DNA of 64,000 bases. It comes from Granulosicoccaceae bacterium (GTDB lineage Bacteria > Pseudomonadota > Gammaproteobacteria > CALCKW01). The notes under the pieces are model-generated. The model saw only the letters and a program-made list of their open reading frames with translations. It was not told the DNA's origin and ran no database searches. Shown in pieces: positions 1 through 9,886 of the stretch. The stretch is taken from contig JAWSVD010000074.1 in assembly GCA_033852095.1 (NCBI GenBank), positions 36,225 through 100,224 of the forward strand, read 5' to 3'. The stretch's first letter is position 1. Each line of letters opens with the position of its first letter. Made by a program: the position numbers and the translations under genes.

Positions 1-607
1 AATCCAGCGAAAGCAACCAGGCAGCGACCGTCGCCAACAGCGCAACACAGAGCTGGCCGCCCAATGCACCCTCAATGGATTTGCCAGGACTGAGCACCAG
101 AGACAATTTTCGGCGGCCGTATTCTTTGCCGATGAAATAGGCGCCAATATCAGCTGCCCAGGCGATCGACAGCACATAGATAAGCAACCAGGGGCCGGTG
201 CCACTGGACTCGCGCAACCACACCATGCCCATGCCCACACCGCACATGACCAGCGGCGCGAAAGCCAGACTCCAGGCCTGATGCCGCGACGGCACCGAAC
301 TGCTGCTCAGTCTTTGCAGCCAGACAAAGACCATCAGCCAGCCCAGTGACAGCACAGTATTCAAGTCGGTGACGGTATCACTCGAGGCAAAAGTGGTGAG
401 CATGGCATACAGCAGCGCACCGCAGAAAAAGGCATACGCGACGCGCTGCGTCGGTTTTTGCATACCCCCGAGAGCTGACCACTCGTGCGCCCCCAGGGTA
501 CAAACCGCGACAACCAATGCCACAAAACCCTGGGCGGGCCAGGCAAAAACAGCCCAGAGGAACACTGTGATCAGAACCAGGCCCGTGAGCACACGCTGTT
601 TAAGCAC
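1..607 (-). CDS. cdsA: Phosphatidate cytidylyltransferase CdsA. The gene is truncated at the window edge, so only its N-terminal part is present.
   Basis: The minus-strand translation begins (GTG at 607) MLKQRVLTGLVLITVFLWAV..., similar to E. coli CdsA (MLKYRLISAFVLI...). It has no stop before position 1. It lies downstream of uppS as in the conserved frr-uppS-cdsA order. A GAGG Shine-Dalgarno sits 9 nt upstream. Confidence 0.75.
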   Translation of the reverse strand, partial: MLKQRVLTGLVLITVFLWAVFAWPAQGFVALVVAVCTLGAHEWSALGGMQKPTQRVAYAFFCGALLYAMLTTFASSDTVTDLNTVLSLGWLMVFVWLQRLSSSSVPSRHQAWSLAFAPLVMCGVGMGMVWLRESSGTGPWLLIYVLSIAWAADIGAYFIGKEYGRRKLSLVLSPGKSIEGALGGQLCVALLATVAAWLLSLD

Positions 608-1343
608 CGTTTTGGGCCTCCAATTGCTCGCTCACCAAACCAAAGCGCCGCTCACGCTTGCGAAACGCTGCCACTGCAGCATCAAATGCAGCGGCATCGA
701 AGTCAGGCCAGAGCAAAGGGGTGAAATAGAGCTCAGTATAGGCGAGCTGCCACAACAAAAAATTGCTGATGCGGGTTTCCCCGCTGGTGCGGATAAACAG
801 ATCGGGCTCCGGGATATCCGCTAGCGCCAAATGCCTGGAGAGGTGTTGTTCACTCACATCTGCCGCCTTGACTTCGCCGCGCTCCACTTCAAATGCGAGC
901 TTTTGCGCAGCTTGCACCAGATCCCAGCGGCCACCGTAATTCACCGCGATGTTCAAGCACACCTTCGCCCCACCCGCTGTCTCACTGATGCCGCCGTGCA
1001 TGGCTTTTTGCAAGGGCGCAGAGAACCGTCCCAGATCACCGATAAAGCGCAATTGAACGCCGTGTTTCTTGAGGTCTCGAATCTCGGTGCGCAGGGCGCG
1101 CATGAACAGCTTCATCAGCACGCCGACTTCATCCGCCGGGCGCGACCAGTTTTCACTGCTGAAGGCGAAGAGGGTCAAATTGGGGATATCGTGGCGCACG
1201 CAGTATTCGACGGCGGCGCGCGCAGCGCGCGCCCCGCGGTGGTGCCCAAAGGTCCGCGCTCTGCCGCGCTCTTTCGCCCAGCGGCCGTTGCCGTCCATGA
1301 CGATAGCAACGTGTTGGGGCATGGGACCGCTGGGTTCTTGCAT
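600..1343 (-). CDS. uppS: Undecaprenyl diphosphate synthase
   Basis: The 247-aa protein carries HVAIVMDGNGRWA and ...RTSGETRISNFLLWQLAYTELYF, the UPP synthase motifs. It follows frr. Confidence 0.9.
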   Translation of the reverse strand: MQEPSGPMPQHVAIVMDGNGRWAKERGRARTFGHHRGARAARAAVEYCVRHDIPNLTLFAFSSENWSRPADEVGVLMKLFMRALRTEIRDLKKHGVQLRFIGDLGRFSAPLQKAMHGGISETAGGAKVCLNIAVNYGGRWDLVQAAQKLAFEVERGEVKAADVSEQHLSRHLALADIPEPDLFIRTSGETRISNFLLWQLAYTELYFTPLLWPDFDAAAFDAAVAAFRKRERRFGLVSEQLEAQNGA

Positions 1344-1602
1344 GAGTTAAGCTCCGCTGGCTTTGATGTCTCTGTGTCGCATAGGCTTCATGCCACGCGT
1401 CTAATTCTAGCGACCTTAGCAAGCGCCACTGCAGGCACACGACAATGGCCAACACCTACAGAGTGACATTTACACGGGGTAAATAACACACGTGGCGATG
1501 GGCACCCTGCCAGCGACCTGCCCCTTAGCTCTTAAGAGGGGCTGTTAGCCCAACCGCTGCGCGGTCGCAATATGATATTAATATTAGACAGCAATTGGCG
1601 GA

Positions 1603-2160
1603 TCACATTTCCATCAGGTCTTTTTCTTTATCAGCCAGCACGCTCTCTATCTGAGCAACGAACTTGTCGGTCAGTTTTTGCACGGATTCTTGCGCCGCAC
1701 GCTCCTCATCCTCTGAGATTTCCTTCTCTTTCTCTAGCTGTTTGAAGTCACCGTTGGCGTCGCGTCGGATGTTTCGGATCGCGACCCTTCCACCCTCTGC
1801 CTCGCCGCGCACGACTTTAACCAAATCTTTGCGGCGCTCTTCCGTCAACGGCGGCAACGGGATGCGGATAGACATGCCCGCTGTGTTGGGGTTCAAGCCC
1901 AAGTCCGAATCGATGATGGCCTTTTCAATCGGCCCCACCATGACTTTTTCCCAGGGGTTAACCGCCAGGGTGCGTGCGTCTTCCACCACCACATTGGCCA
2001 CCTGGTTCAACGGCGTCTCTGCACCGTAGTACTCCACCGTCATGCCGTCCAGCAAGCTCACGTGAGCACGGCCGGTACGGATGCGACCGAATTCCTTTTG
2101 CAGCGCAGCGACACTTTTGTTCATGCGCGACTCAGCGTCGTCCAGAATTTCGTCGATCAT
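1603..2160 (-). CDS. frr: Ribosome recycling factor
   Basis: The 185-aa protein has a typical Frr N-terminus ([24 protein letters not shown]..). Its start overlaps the pyrH stop (ATGA). Confidence 0.95.
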   Translation of the reverse strand: MIDEILDDAESRMNKSVAALQKEFGRIRTGRAHVSLLDGMTVEYYGAETPLNQVANVVVEDARTLAVNPWEKVMVGPIEKAIIDSDLGLNPNTAGMSIRIPLPPLTEERRKDLVKVVRGEAEGGRVAIRNIRRDANGDFKQLEKEKEISEDEERAAQESVQKLTDKFVAQIESVLADKEKDLMEM

Positions 2161-2888
2161 GCTGAAGTTCCTCTCATCATCGTGCCGATTATCGTGCCCT
2201 CAACAACCCTGATCAGGTCCCCGGGCACATTGAGGTTGAAGACACACACGGGCATATTGTGATCACGACACATCACAGTAGCCGTGGTGTCCATGACGGC
2301 GAGCTTCTTGTTCACGACTTCGTCGTAGCTGACCGTGTCAAAACGCACCGCGTCGGGATTGCGAGCCGGATCGGAGTCATACACACCGTCAACCTTGGTC
2401 GCTTTCAACATAATGTCGGCACCGATTTCCACGGCGCGCAAAGCTGCTGCAGAATCCGTGGTGAAAAACGGATTACCAGTGCCGGCGGCAAACACCACTA
2501 CCCGGCCTTTTTGCAGGTGGCGAATCGCTCTGCGCCGGATGTAATCTTCACAGACATCGTTGATTTCCAGCGCGGACATCACACGGCAATAAACCCCGAT
2601 GTTTTCTAGAGAGTCTTGCAGCGAGAGGCTGTTAATGACCGTGGCAAGCATGCCGATGTGATCACCCGTCACGCGGTCCATGCCCGCTTTGGCGAGCCCC
2701 GCTCCACGAAAAATATTGCCCCCACCGATCACAATGGCCACTTCGACCTTCATGTCATTGAGAGTCTTAATTTCGTCTGCAATTCGGCTGATGTAGTTTG
2801 GATCGATTCCGTACTCCTCATCCCCCATCAGCGCTTCACCGCTGAGTTTGAGAAGAATACGTTTATAGGGAAGGGCTTTGTCTGACAT
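2157..2888 (-). CDS. pyrH: UMP kinase
   Basis: The protein carries [13 protein letters not shown] and GGGNIFRG motifs. I prefer the ATG at 2888 ([13 protein letters not shown]), which matches the E. coli N-terminal length. The tracked ORF starts 18 nt earlier at a GTG with no Shine-Dalgarno. Confidence 0.9.
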   Translation of the reverse strand: MSDKALPYKRILLKLSGEALMGDEEYGIDPNYISRIADEIKTLNDMKVEVAIVIGGGNIFRGAGLAKAGMDRVTGDHIGMLATVINSLSLQDSLENIGVYCRVMSALEINDVCEDYIRRRAIRHLQKGRVVVFAAGTGNPFFTTDSAAALRAVEIGADIMLKATKVDGVYDSDPARNPDAVRFDTVSYDEVVNKKLAVMDTTATVMCRDHNMPVCVFNLNVPGDLIRVVEGTIIGTMMRGTSA

Positions 2889-3201
2889 GCGCTCGGTACC
2901 AGTCACTTTGGGAAGAATGCCACTTGCGGGCGGGCTTGCGCAATTATAGGGCCTTCGAGCAGAGAAGATGGTCTCTTATTGAGGGAATTGTGAGCAGAAT
3001 AATCGAACGATGAATCGAAATAGGCACTCTATCTAAGGGATTGAATGGCTGATCGAACTCACGTTCCGACTCAAAACTAAGGCCTCACTGGAATCGATAT
3101 TCTCGGCTGACCCCGCGCATCGACACCGCGACGCCGGTTCATGGACTCAGAAATTGGCTGCTTCTGAGCCAGGGCAGGGCTTTCACCCTGCCCCACCTAA
3201 C

Positions 3202-4096
3202 TTAAGCTGAGCCCTTGGCCTGAGCCATGACTTCTTCAGCGAAGTTTTCTACTTTCTTTTCGATGCCTTCACCCACTTCAAAGCGGGTAAATCCTGTGCA
3301 GCTAGCACTTGAAGCTGCGAGCAATTTGCCCACAGTTTGATCAGGATCCTTCACAAAAGGCTGACCCACCAGTGTGATCTCGGCCAAATACTTGCGCATG
3401 CGACCGTCAACCATTTTTTCAATGATTTCATCGGGTTTGCCACTTTCTTTCGCTTCGGCGACCAGAATTTTGCGCTCTTTTTCAAGCGATTCAGCGGGCA
3501 CACCTGACTCATCTACACACACGGGCTTGCTGGCCGCGATGTGCATGGCAATGTCTTTTGCCAGGTCTTGGTTGTCTTTATCGACAGTGGCCAAAACACC
3601 GATACGGCTGCCGTGCAGGTACATGCCCACAGCACCACCCGCTGCGGCTTCAACCACAGCTGCGCGACGCAGCTGAATGTTTTCACCGATTTTAGCCACC
3701 AGCTCTTGACGCACTTCACTCAAGGTTTTGCCATCGCGCTCTGCAACAGCGGTGCTGTTCAGAACATCGAGATCGCCGGTATTGGCCGCCAGCACGAGGT
3801 TGACGACCAGTGTGCTGAAGGATTTGAAATCGTCGGCTTTGACAACAAAATCAGTTTCACAATTGATCTCGACCATCGCCAAACGCTTGCCGTCTTCGCT
3901 CTTAGCAAAGACAACCACACCTTCTGCAGCCGTGCGGTCGGATTTCTTGTCGGCTTTTGCCAGACCAGAAACACGCATGTTCTCGATTGCTTTTTCCATG
4001 TCGCCACCGGCTTCAACCAGTGCCTTCTTACATTCCATCATGCCAGCGCTGGTGCGCTCGCGGAGTTCTTTAACCATTGCTGCGGAGATTGACATC
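3202..4096 (-). CDS. tsf: Elongation factor Ts
   Basis: The protein starts MSISAAMVKELRERTSAGMMECKKAL, the EF-Ts signature. A GAGG Shine-Dalgarno sits 6 nt upstream of the ATG at 4096. Confidence 0.95.
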
Positions 4097-4194
4097 ATCC
4101 ACCTCACTGAAAATTGATATGACTAAATCTAAAGCGCGCACCGAAGCGGATCACTTCGGTGCGCGCGGACGAGCACGGGATAAATCCCGCTAAA

Positions 4195-4950
4195 TTACTC
4201 GGCTGCAGCAGCGGGCGCCGCGGCCTCAGCAACTTCGACGAAATCGTCGTTGCCGCTGTTGGTAGTTGTTGCGCCCTTCGCGTCCTGAATTGCTTCAGCA
4301 GCGGCAGTCACAAACAACTTAATGGCGCGAACAGCGTCATCGTTACCGGGGATAACGTAATCGATACCCTTGGGGTTGTTGTTGGAATCTACGATTCCAA
4401 TGACAGGGATCCCAAGCTTGCGCGCTTCCGCGATAGCGATTTTCTCATGGCCCACATCGACCACAAAAATTGCGTCTGGCAGTCTTTCCATGTCACGGAT
4501 ACCGCCTAAGCTGCTCTCCAGCTTCGCGTGCTCCCGTGTCATCATGAGAAATTCTTTTTTGTTCAAACGCTGCTCTACACCGTCAGCAATTTGAGATTCA
4601 ATCTCTTTCAAACGACGAACCGACTGCTTGATGGTGCGGAAGTTCGTCATCATGCCGCCGAGCCAACGCTTGTCGACATAGGGCATGTTACAAGCGCTAG
4701 CTGCTTGCTGCACGGCATCACGAGCCGCACGCTTGGTGCCCACAAACAGCACTTTGCCGCCTTTGGCGCTCAGCTTGCCCATGTAGTTGAGAGAGTCGTC
4801 CAACATGGGCACAGTGTGCTCCAAGTTGAAGATATGAATCTTATTGCGCTCACCGAAGAGATACGGGGCCATTTTGGGGCACCAGTGACGTGTCTGGTGA
4901 CCGAAGTGAACACCTGCTTCGAGCAGCTGGCGCATGCTAATTCTTGACAT
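4195..4950 (-). CDS. rpsB: 30S ribosomal protein S2
   Basis: The 251-aa protein starts MSRISMRQLLEAGVHFGHQTRHW. It belongs to the rpsB-tsf operon. Confidence 0.95.
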   Translation of the reverse strand: MSRISMRQLLEAGVHFGHQTRHWCPKMAPYLFGERNKIHIFNLEHTVPMLDDSLNYMGKLSAKGGKVLFVGTKRAARDAVQQAASACNMPYVDKRWLGGMMTNFRTIKQSVRRLKEIESQIADGVEQRLNKKEFLMMTREHAKLESSLGGIRDMERLPDAIFVVDVGHEKIAIAEARKLGIPVIGIVDSNNNPKGIDYVIPGNDDAVRAIKLFVTAAAEAIQDAKGATTTNSGNDDFVEVAEAAAPAAAAE

Positions 4951-5253
4951 GTTATTACCTTAAAATTAAAGACGGGTTTTGCCTCCACGCTCCGCTGCCG
5001 ACAACCCCACAAGCGACTTAACTTGAAAGGCACCCGTCGACAACTTAACCCGCTACAAGATTTTGGCCCTGAAGCGAATGGATCGTGTGTGATTTCTCTG
5101 TATTCGCAAGCACCATAAGGCGTTCACAGGACCGAAGACGTCCAACTGCGTTTTATAACAGATTTTGCTATCATGCCACAAGCGCTATCGGCCTGACTAC
5201 GGGCCACTGACCGCACAAACCTCACAAGTTAAGCCGGAGACAAGACACCCGCC

Positions 5254-6021
5254 ATGGCAATCAATATCCGTACCGCCGAACACATCGATAAAATCAGAGC
5301 CGCAGGCAAGCTCGCTGCTGAAGTGCTGGATCTGATCGGCGAACACGTTGTACCCGGCGTCACCACGGATGAGCTCGACCAGATATGCCACCGCCACATC
5401 ACTGAAATCCAGGGCGGCATCCCCGCAACGCTGAACTACAACGGTTTCCCCAAATCAATCTGTACCTCGATCAATCATCAGGTCTGTCACGGCATTCCCA
5501 GCCACAAGCGCTTGAAAAAGGGCGACATCGTCAACATAGACGTGACCGTTATAAAAGACGGCTTCTTCGGTGATACCAGCCGCATGTACACCCTCGGCGA
5601 CATCAGCCCTGCCGCCAAACGACTCGTGGACGTTACCCACAAGAGCATGATGCTCGGCATAGAGGCGGTGCGCGACGGTGCACACCTCGGGGATGTGGGC
5701 CACGCGATTCAACAATACGCCGAATCACAGAAGTGCTCGGTGGTGCGCGAATACTGCGGCCACGGCATTGGCTCCCAGTTCCACGAAGACCCACAGGTGC
5801 TGCACTACGGCAAAGCGGGCACTGGGGTCAAACTTCGCAGCGGCATGGTTTTCACCATCGAGCCCATGATCAACCTCGGCAAGCGTCAAGTGAAGGTATT
5901 GGGAGATGACTGGACCGTAGTGACCAAAGATCAAAGCCTCTCGGCGCAGTGGGAGCACACTGTGGTCGTCACCGACAGCGGCTACGAGATACTGACGCTT
6001 GGCACCTCGGGCCAACCCTGA
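5254..6021 (+). CDS. map: Methionine aminopeptidase, type I
   Basis: The 255-aa protein has MetAP metal-ligand context (D..D..H..E..E) and an N-terminus MAINIRTAEHIDKIRAAGKLAAEVL. It is transcribed divergently from rpsB. Confidence 0.95.
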   Translation: MAINIRTAEHIDKIRAAGKLAAEVLDLIGEHVVPGVTTDELDQICHRHITEIQGGIPATLNYNGFPKSICTSINHQVCHGIPSHKRLKKGDIVNIDVTVIKDGFFGDTSRMYTLGDISPAAKRLVDVTHKSMMLGIEAVRDGAHLGDVGHAIQQYAESQKCSVVREYCGHGIGSQFHEDPQVLHYGKAGTGVKLRSGMVFTIEPMINLGKRQVKVLGDDWTVVTKDQSLSAQWEHTVVVTDSGYEILTLGTSGQP

Positions 6022-8678
6022 TGGCAGAACCGGCGCAGCGAGACGTAGGTGAGCACGCAGCAATTGAAGCGATCATTGCCGGCATTGACCAAACCGAGCA
6101 CAGCGCGGCCAACTGCAGAGATTGGCTGGAACAGTGCGATACCCACCTGCAGGCCCGCTTCGACGCGGGCGCAAGCGGCGCCGAAGTCGTTGTTCACCGC
6201 GCCAAGGTAGCCGATGCGCTGGTGCGCCGAATCTGGTGCCACAGCATCCCTGCCGAACAACAACAGTCCGCGGCGCTCATCGCTGTCGGCGGTTACGGTC
6301 GCGGCGAGCTGCACCCCAACTCCGACATCGACATCACCGTCGTACTGCCCGACGACAGCCCAGGCGTGGACAGTGACGCGCTGCAGCAGTTCGTGACCGC
6401 TCTGTGGGATCTCGGCATGGACATCGGCAGCACGGTCCGCACCCTGCGACAGACCGGGGAAGCCGCCTGCGACGACATCACTGTGATGACAAACCTGCTC
6501 GAAGCACGCTACCTGAGCGGCGACCGCGCACTCTGCACACGCACCATCGAGCTGATCAATTCCGAGCGCTGCTGGCCCTCCTACGTCTTTTTCCGCGCGA
6601 AATTTGAAGAGCAACAAGAGCGGCGCGAACGATTCCACGACTCAGCATACCGCCTAGAGCCAAACGTCAAAGAGAGCCCCGGGGGCCTGCGAGATCTACA
6701 AACCATCGGCTGGGTTGTGCACCGGCACTTCGGCGAAGCGCACCTGAGCGAGCTGTCGGACCATGAATTCCTCACCGCCGAAGAAGTACAGACCCTGCGC
6801 GAAAGCCGCGATTTCCTCTGGCGTGTTCGCTTTTGGCTGCACCGCCAGGCCAACCGCGCCGAAGATCGCCTGCTCTTCGAATACCAACGCCCACTCGCCC
6901 AAGCGTTTGGCTACAGCGCTCAAGACGGCAACGTGGCGGTTGAGCAGTTCATGCAGCAGTACTATCGCGTGGTCACCGAGATGGTGCGGCTCAATGAAAT
7001 GCTGCTGCAATTATTTCGGGAACGCATTGTGGAGCTCAACGAGCCCGCTGAAATAAAACCCGTCAACGAGCGCTTTGAGGTCATCAACAACTACCTCGCC
7101 GCCAAAGAGGACGACGTTTTCCTGCGCTACCCGCCTGCATTAATAGAGATATTCCTGCTCGGCTGCCAACAACCGAACATCAAGGGCTTGCGCGCCACCA
7201 CGGTGCGCTTGATCCGACAGCACCTGTATTTGATCGATGACAAATACCGCAACGACATCATCGTGCGCCAACTGTTCATCGATATCTTCAAGCAACCGCA
7301 CGGGCTGACACACCAGTTAAATCGCATGAACCGATTCGGTGTTCTTGCGGCTTATTTGCCCAATTTCCAAAGCATTGTCGGGCGCATGCAATTCGACCTC
7401 TTCCACATCTACACCGTGGATGAACACACCTTGATGGTGGTGCGAAACCTGCGCCAATTTGCGGTAGAAGAACACGCCGAAGGCCACCCGCACTGCACCG
7501 AAATTATGCGGGAAATCAAGAACCCCTACCTGCTGCACATCATGGGCCTGCTGCACGACATCGCCAAGGGCCGCGGCGGCGACCACTGCGTGCTCGGCGC
7601 CGAAGACACGCGCATCTTCGCCGAACAGCACGGGATGAGAAAATCCCACGCAGAACTGGCTGAGTGGGGCGTGCTGCAACACCTCTTGATGTCCACCGTG
7701 GCACAGCGGCGCGACATCTACGACCCGGAAGTGATCCGCGATTTCGCCGCCGAGTGCAAATCCATCGACCGGCTCAACTACCTGTACCTGCTCACGGTCG
7801 CGGACATCTGCGCCACCGACCCCAAATTATGGACCGACTGGAAGAGCAACCTGCTGAACACCCTCTACCGGCACACCCGCACGATGATCGAGTCGGGCCT
7901 GGACGAGGCGGCAGCTACACAAGCGGAAACCATCGCCACGCGCAAGCAAAAGGCCTTGAAACACCTCGAACACGCGAACCTGAGCAGAGAAGAAATACTG
8001 ATTTTTTGGGACAGCATGGGCGAGGACTATTTTCTGCGTTACAACGCCGATGAAATAGCCTGGCACACCGGGGAGTTCGCCCGCAGCAGCCACGCCGACC
8101 GAGCCCGAAGCCTGATCAGAACCAACAGCGCCGGCTCCACCGAGGTCGCCATCTACACGCGTGATCACCCGATGCTGTTCGCCAACATCACGCGGCGCAT
8201 GTCACTGCTCGGCCTCAACATCGTCGACGCGCGCATTGCCACCACGCCGCACGGCTTTGCCCTGGACAGCTTCACCCTGCTAGAGGACAGTGGCGAGCCA
8301 CTGTCAAATGCGAGACAGATAGAAGAGCTCTTCATACAATTCGAGCAACACCGCGAAGAACCCAACCTCTCGCACTACCACCCGCCTCGCCGCCTGCGGT
8401 CCTTCCAGCTGACCCCCACGGTCGAGTTCAACACCGAAGACGCTGGCGCCTACACATCCGTGCTGGTCACAGCGGCGGATAACCCTGGGCTGCTGGCGAC
8501 CATTGCGGGCTGCTTTAACGAGTGCGGATTGACACTGCACGCCGCCAAGGCCTCCACCTTCGGTGAAAAGGCGGAGGATGTGTTCTACATCAGCGATGAA
8601 AACGGCGAAGAGATAGACGATGCCGAGCGACTGCGGCACCTGCACAAAACACTAATTGAACAATTGTCTGACGAGTAA
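6021..8678 (+). CDS. glnD: Bifunctional uridylyltransferase/uridylyl-removing enzyme GlnD
   Basis: The protein has a nucleotidyltransferase domain (GGYGRGELHPNSDIDI), an HD domain and two C-terminal ACT domains. Its ATG at 6021 overlaps the map stop (TGATG). The tracked ORF begins 72 nt earlier inside map. Confidence 0.9.
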   Translation: MAEPAQRDVGEHAAIEAIIAGIDQTEHSAANCRDWLEQCDTHLQARFDAGASGAEVVVHRAKVADALVRRIWCHSIPAEQQQSAALIAVGGYGRGELHPNSDIDITVVLPDDSPGVDSDALQQFVTALWDLGMDIGSTVRTLRQTGEAACDDITVMTNLLEARYLSGDRALCTRTIELINSERCWPSYVFFRAKFEEQQERRERFHDSAYRLEPNVKESPGGLRDLQTIGWVVHRHFGEAHLSELSDHEFLTAEEVQTLRESRDFLWRVRFWLHRQANRAEDRLLFEYQRPLAQAFGYSAQDGNVAVEQFMQQYYRVVTEMVRLNEMLLQLFRERIVELNEPAEIKPVNERFEVINNYLAAKEDDVFLRYPPALIEIFLLGCQQPNIKGLRATTVRLIRQHLYLIDDKYRNDIIVRQLFIDIFKQPHGLTHQLNRMNRFGVLAAYLPNFQSIVGRMQFDLFHIYTVDEHTLMVVRNLRQFAVEEHAEGHPHCTEIMREIKNPYLLHIMGLLHDIAKGRGGDHCVLGAEDTRIFAEQHGMRKSHAELAEWGVLQHLLMSTVAQRRDIYDPEVIRDFAAECKSIDRLNYLYLLTVADICATDPKLWTDWKSNLLNTLYRHTRTMIESGLDEAAATQAETIATRKQKALKHLEHANLSREEILIFWDSMGEDYFLRYNADEIAWHTGEFARSSHADRARSLIRTNSAGSTEVAIYTRDHPMLFANITRRMSLLGLNIVDARIATTPHGFALDSFTLLEDSGEPLSNARQIEELFIQFEQHREEPNLSHYHPPRRLRSFQLTPTVEFNTEDAGAYTSVLVTAADNPGLLATIAGCFNECGLTLHAAKASTFGEKAEDVFYISDENGEEIDDAERLRHLHKTLIEQLSDE

Positions 8679-8681
8679 TCA

Positions 8682-9821
8682 ATGAGCAAACTTTCCCCAT
8701 CAGTCGCCCTTTGCCAAACCCTGATACAGCGCGACACCGTCACCCCCAAAGACGCTGCATGCCAGCAACTCATCAGCGAGCGACTCGAGCCATTGGGCTT
8801 TAAAGCCGAGCACATCGACGCGGGCGGTGTGACCAACACCTGGCTGCGCCGAGGCACCGAGGCACCCTTGTTTTGTTTTGCCGGCCACACCGACGTTGTC
8901 CCCACCGGCCCCGAAGTCGCGTGGCGACTCGCGCCGTTTTCCGGGACCATTGAAAACGGCATACTGCACGGTCGCGGCGCCTCGGACATGAAAGGCGGCG
9001 TCGCTGCCATGACGGTTGCAGCAGAGGATTTTGTGCGTGACAACCCAGATTTCTCTGGGTCCATAGCGCTGCTGCTGACCAGCGACGAAGAGGGGCCGGC
9101 AAAATACGGCACACGCGCCGTGATAGAAACACTCGAGGCACGCGGCGAAAAAATCGACTGGTGCCTTGTTGGCGAACCCAGCAGCACAACACAAGTGGGC
9201 GACACCATCAAGAACGGTCGCCGCGGCTCACTCAGCGGCTCACTGCAGGTGCTCGGCAAGCAAGGCCACGTCGCCTACCCTCACCTCGCGGAAAACCCAA
9301 TCCACCTAATCAGCGGCTTCCTCAACGAAATTTGCGCGCGCTCTTGGGACAAGGGTAATCAATACTTCCCACCCACGACTTTTCAAGTATCCAACCTACA
9401 CGCGGGAACCGGCGCCACCAACGTTGTCCCGGGAGATCTGCAGCTACAGTTTAATTTTCGCTTCGGCACCGCGACCTCCGAGGACAGCATTCGCCAACAA
9501 GTAGAAGACATGCTCGACAGCCACGGCTTCCGCTACGAGCTGCAGTGGAATTGCTCCGGCCAACCCTTTATCACCGAACCCGGCTCCCTCACCCAGGCTG
9601 CGAGCACGGCGATCAAAGAAATCTGCGGCATAGACACCGAGCTCTCGACCAGTGGAGGCACCTCAGACGGCCGCTTTATCGCCCCCACAGGTGCACAGGT
9701 CATCGAGCTGGGTGTCTGCAACAGCACAATCCACCAGGTGGATGAACGTATCCCCTGCGCTGAAATCGACTGCGCGCACGCACTCTACAAGAGAACACTG
9801 GAGCTGCTTTTTCTTAATTAA
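8682..9821 (+). CDS. dapE: Succinyl-diaminopimelate desuccinylase
   Basis: The 379-aa M20 peptidase has a DapE-like N-terminus (CQTLIQRDTVTPKDAACQQLI..FAGHTDVVP). The map-glnD-dapE order is conserved. Confidence 0.9.
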   Translation: MSKLSPSVALCQTLIQRDTVTPKDAACQQLISERLEPLGFKAEHIDAGGVTNTWLRRGTEAPLFCFAGHTDVVPTGPEVAWRLAPFSGTIENGILHGRGASDMKGGVAAMTVAAEDFVRDNPDFSGSIALLLTSDEEGPAKYGTRAVIETLEARGEKIDWCLVGEPSSTTQVGDTIKNGRRGSLSGSLQVLGKQGHVAYPHLAENPIHLISGFLNEICARSWDKGNQYFPPTTFQVSNLHAGTGATNVVPGDLQLQFNFRFGTATSEDSIRQQVEDMLDSHGFRYELQWNCSGQPFITEPGSLTQAASTAIKEICGIDTELSTSGGTSDGRFIAPTGAQVIELGVCNSTIHQVDERIPCAEIDCAHALYKRTLELLFLN

Positions 9822-9831
9822 TTTCTGCATT

Positions 9832-9865
9832 AAAAAAGGGCGCCCCGCTGGAGCGCCCTCTTTTT
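9832..9865. terminator. Bidirectional intrinsic terminator between convergent dapE and ppiD
   Basis: The sequence is AAAAAA-GGGCGC-cccgctgga-GCGCCC-TCTTTTT, a GC stem flanked by an A-tract and a T-tract. Confidence 0.6.
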
Positions 9866-9886
9866 AGCAATCAACTGAGCCTGCGA

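Noticed and set aside
1344-1602. A missing dxr between frr and uppS as a possible deletion
   Set aside because: The frr-uppS-cdsA order without an intervening dxr is the normal Pseudomonas-type arrangement, where dxr follows cdsA outside this window. The 259-bp spacer carries only a CTCTTAAGAG-centred hairpin.
5982-6638. A 218-aa minus-strand ORF antisense to glnD. Many similar long antisense ORFs exist, for example 40205-40768, 44242-45033, 47045-48007 and 35894-36592.
   Set aside because: These are high-GC open-frame artefacts. The opposite strand in each case encodes a protein with clear family signatures (GlnD, the GlxA regulator, the corrinoid protein, the MtrH-like methyltransferase, RsgA). 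The antisense translations are low-complexity Arg/Ala/Gly-rich with no motifs.
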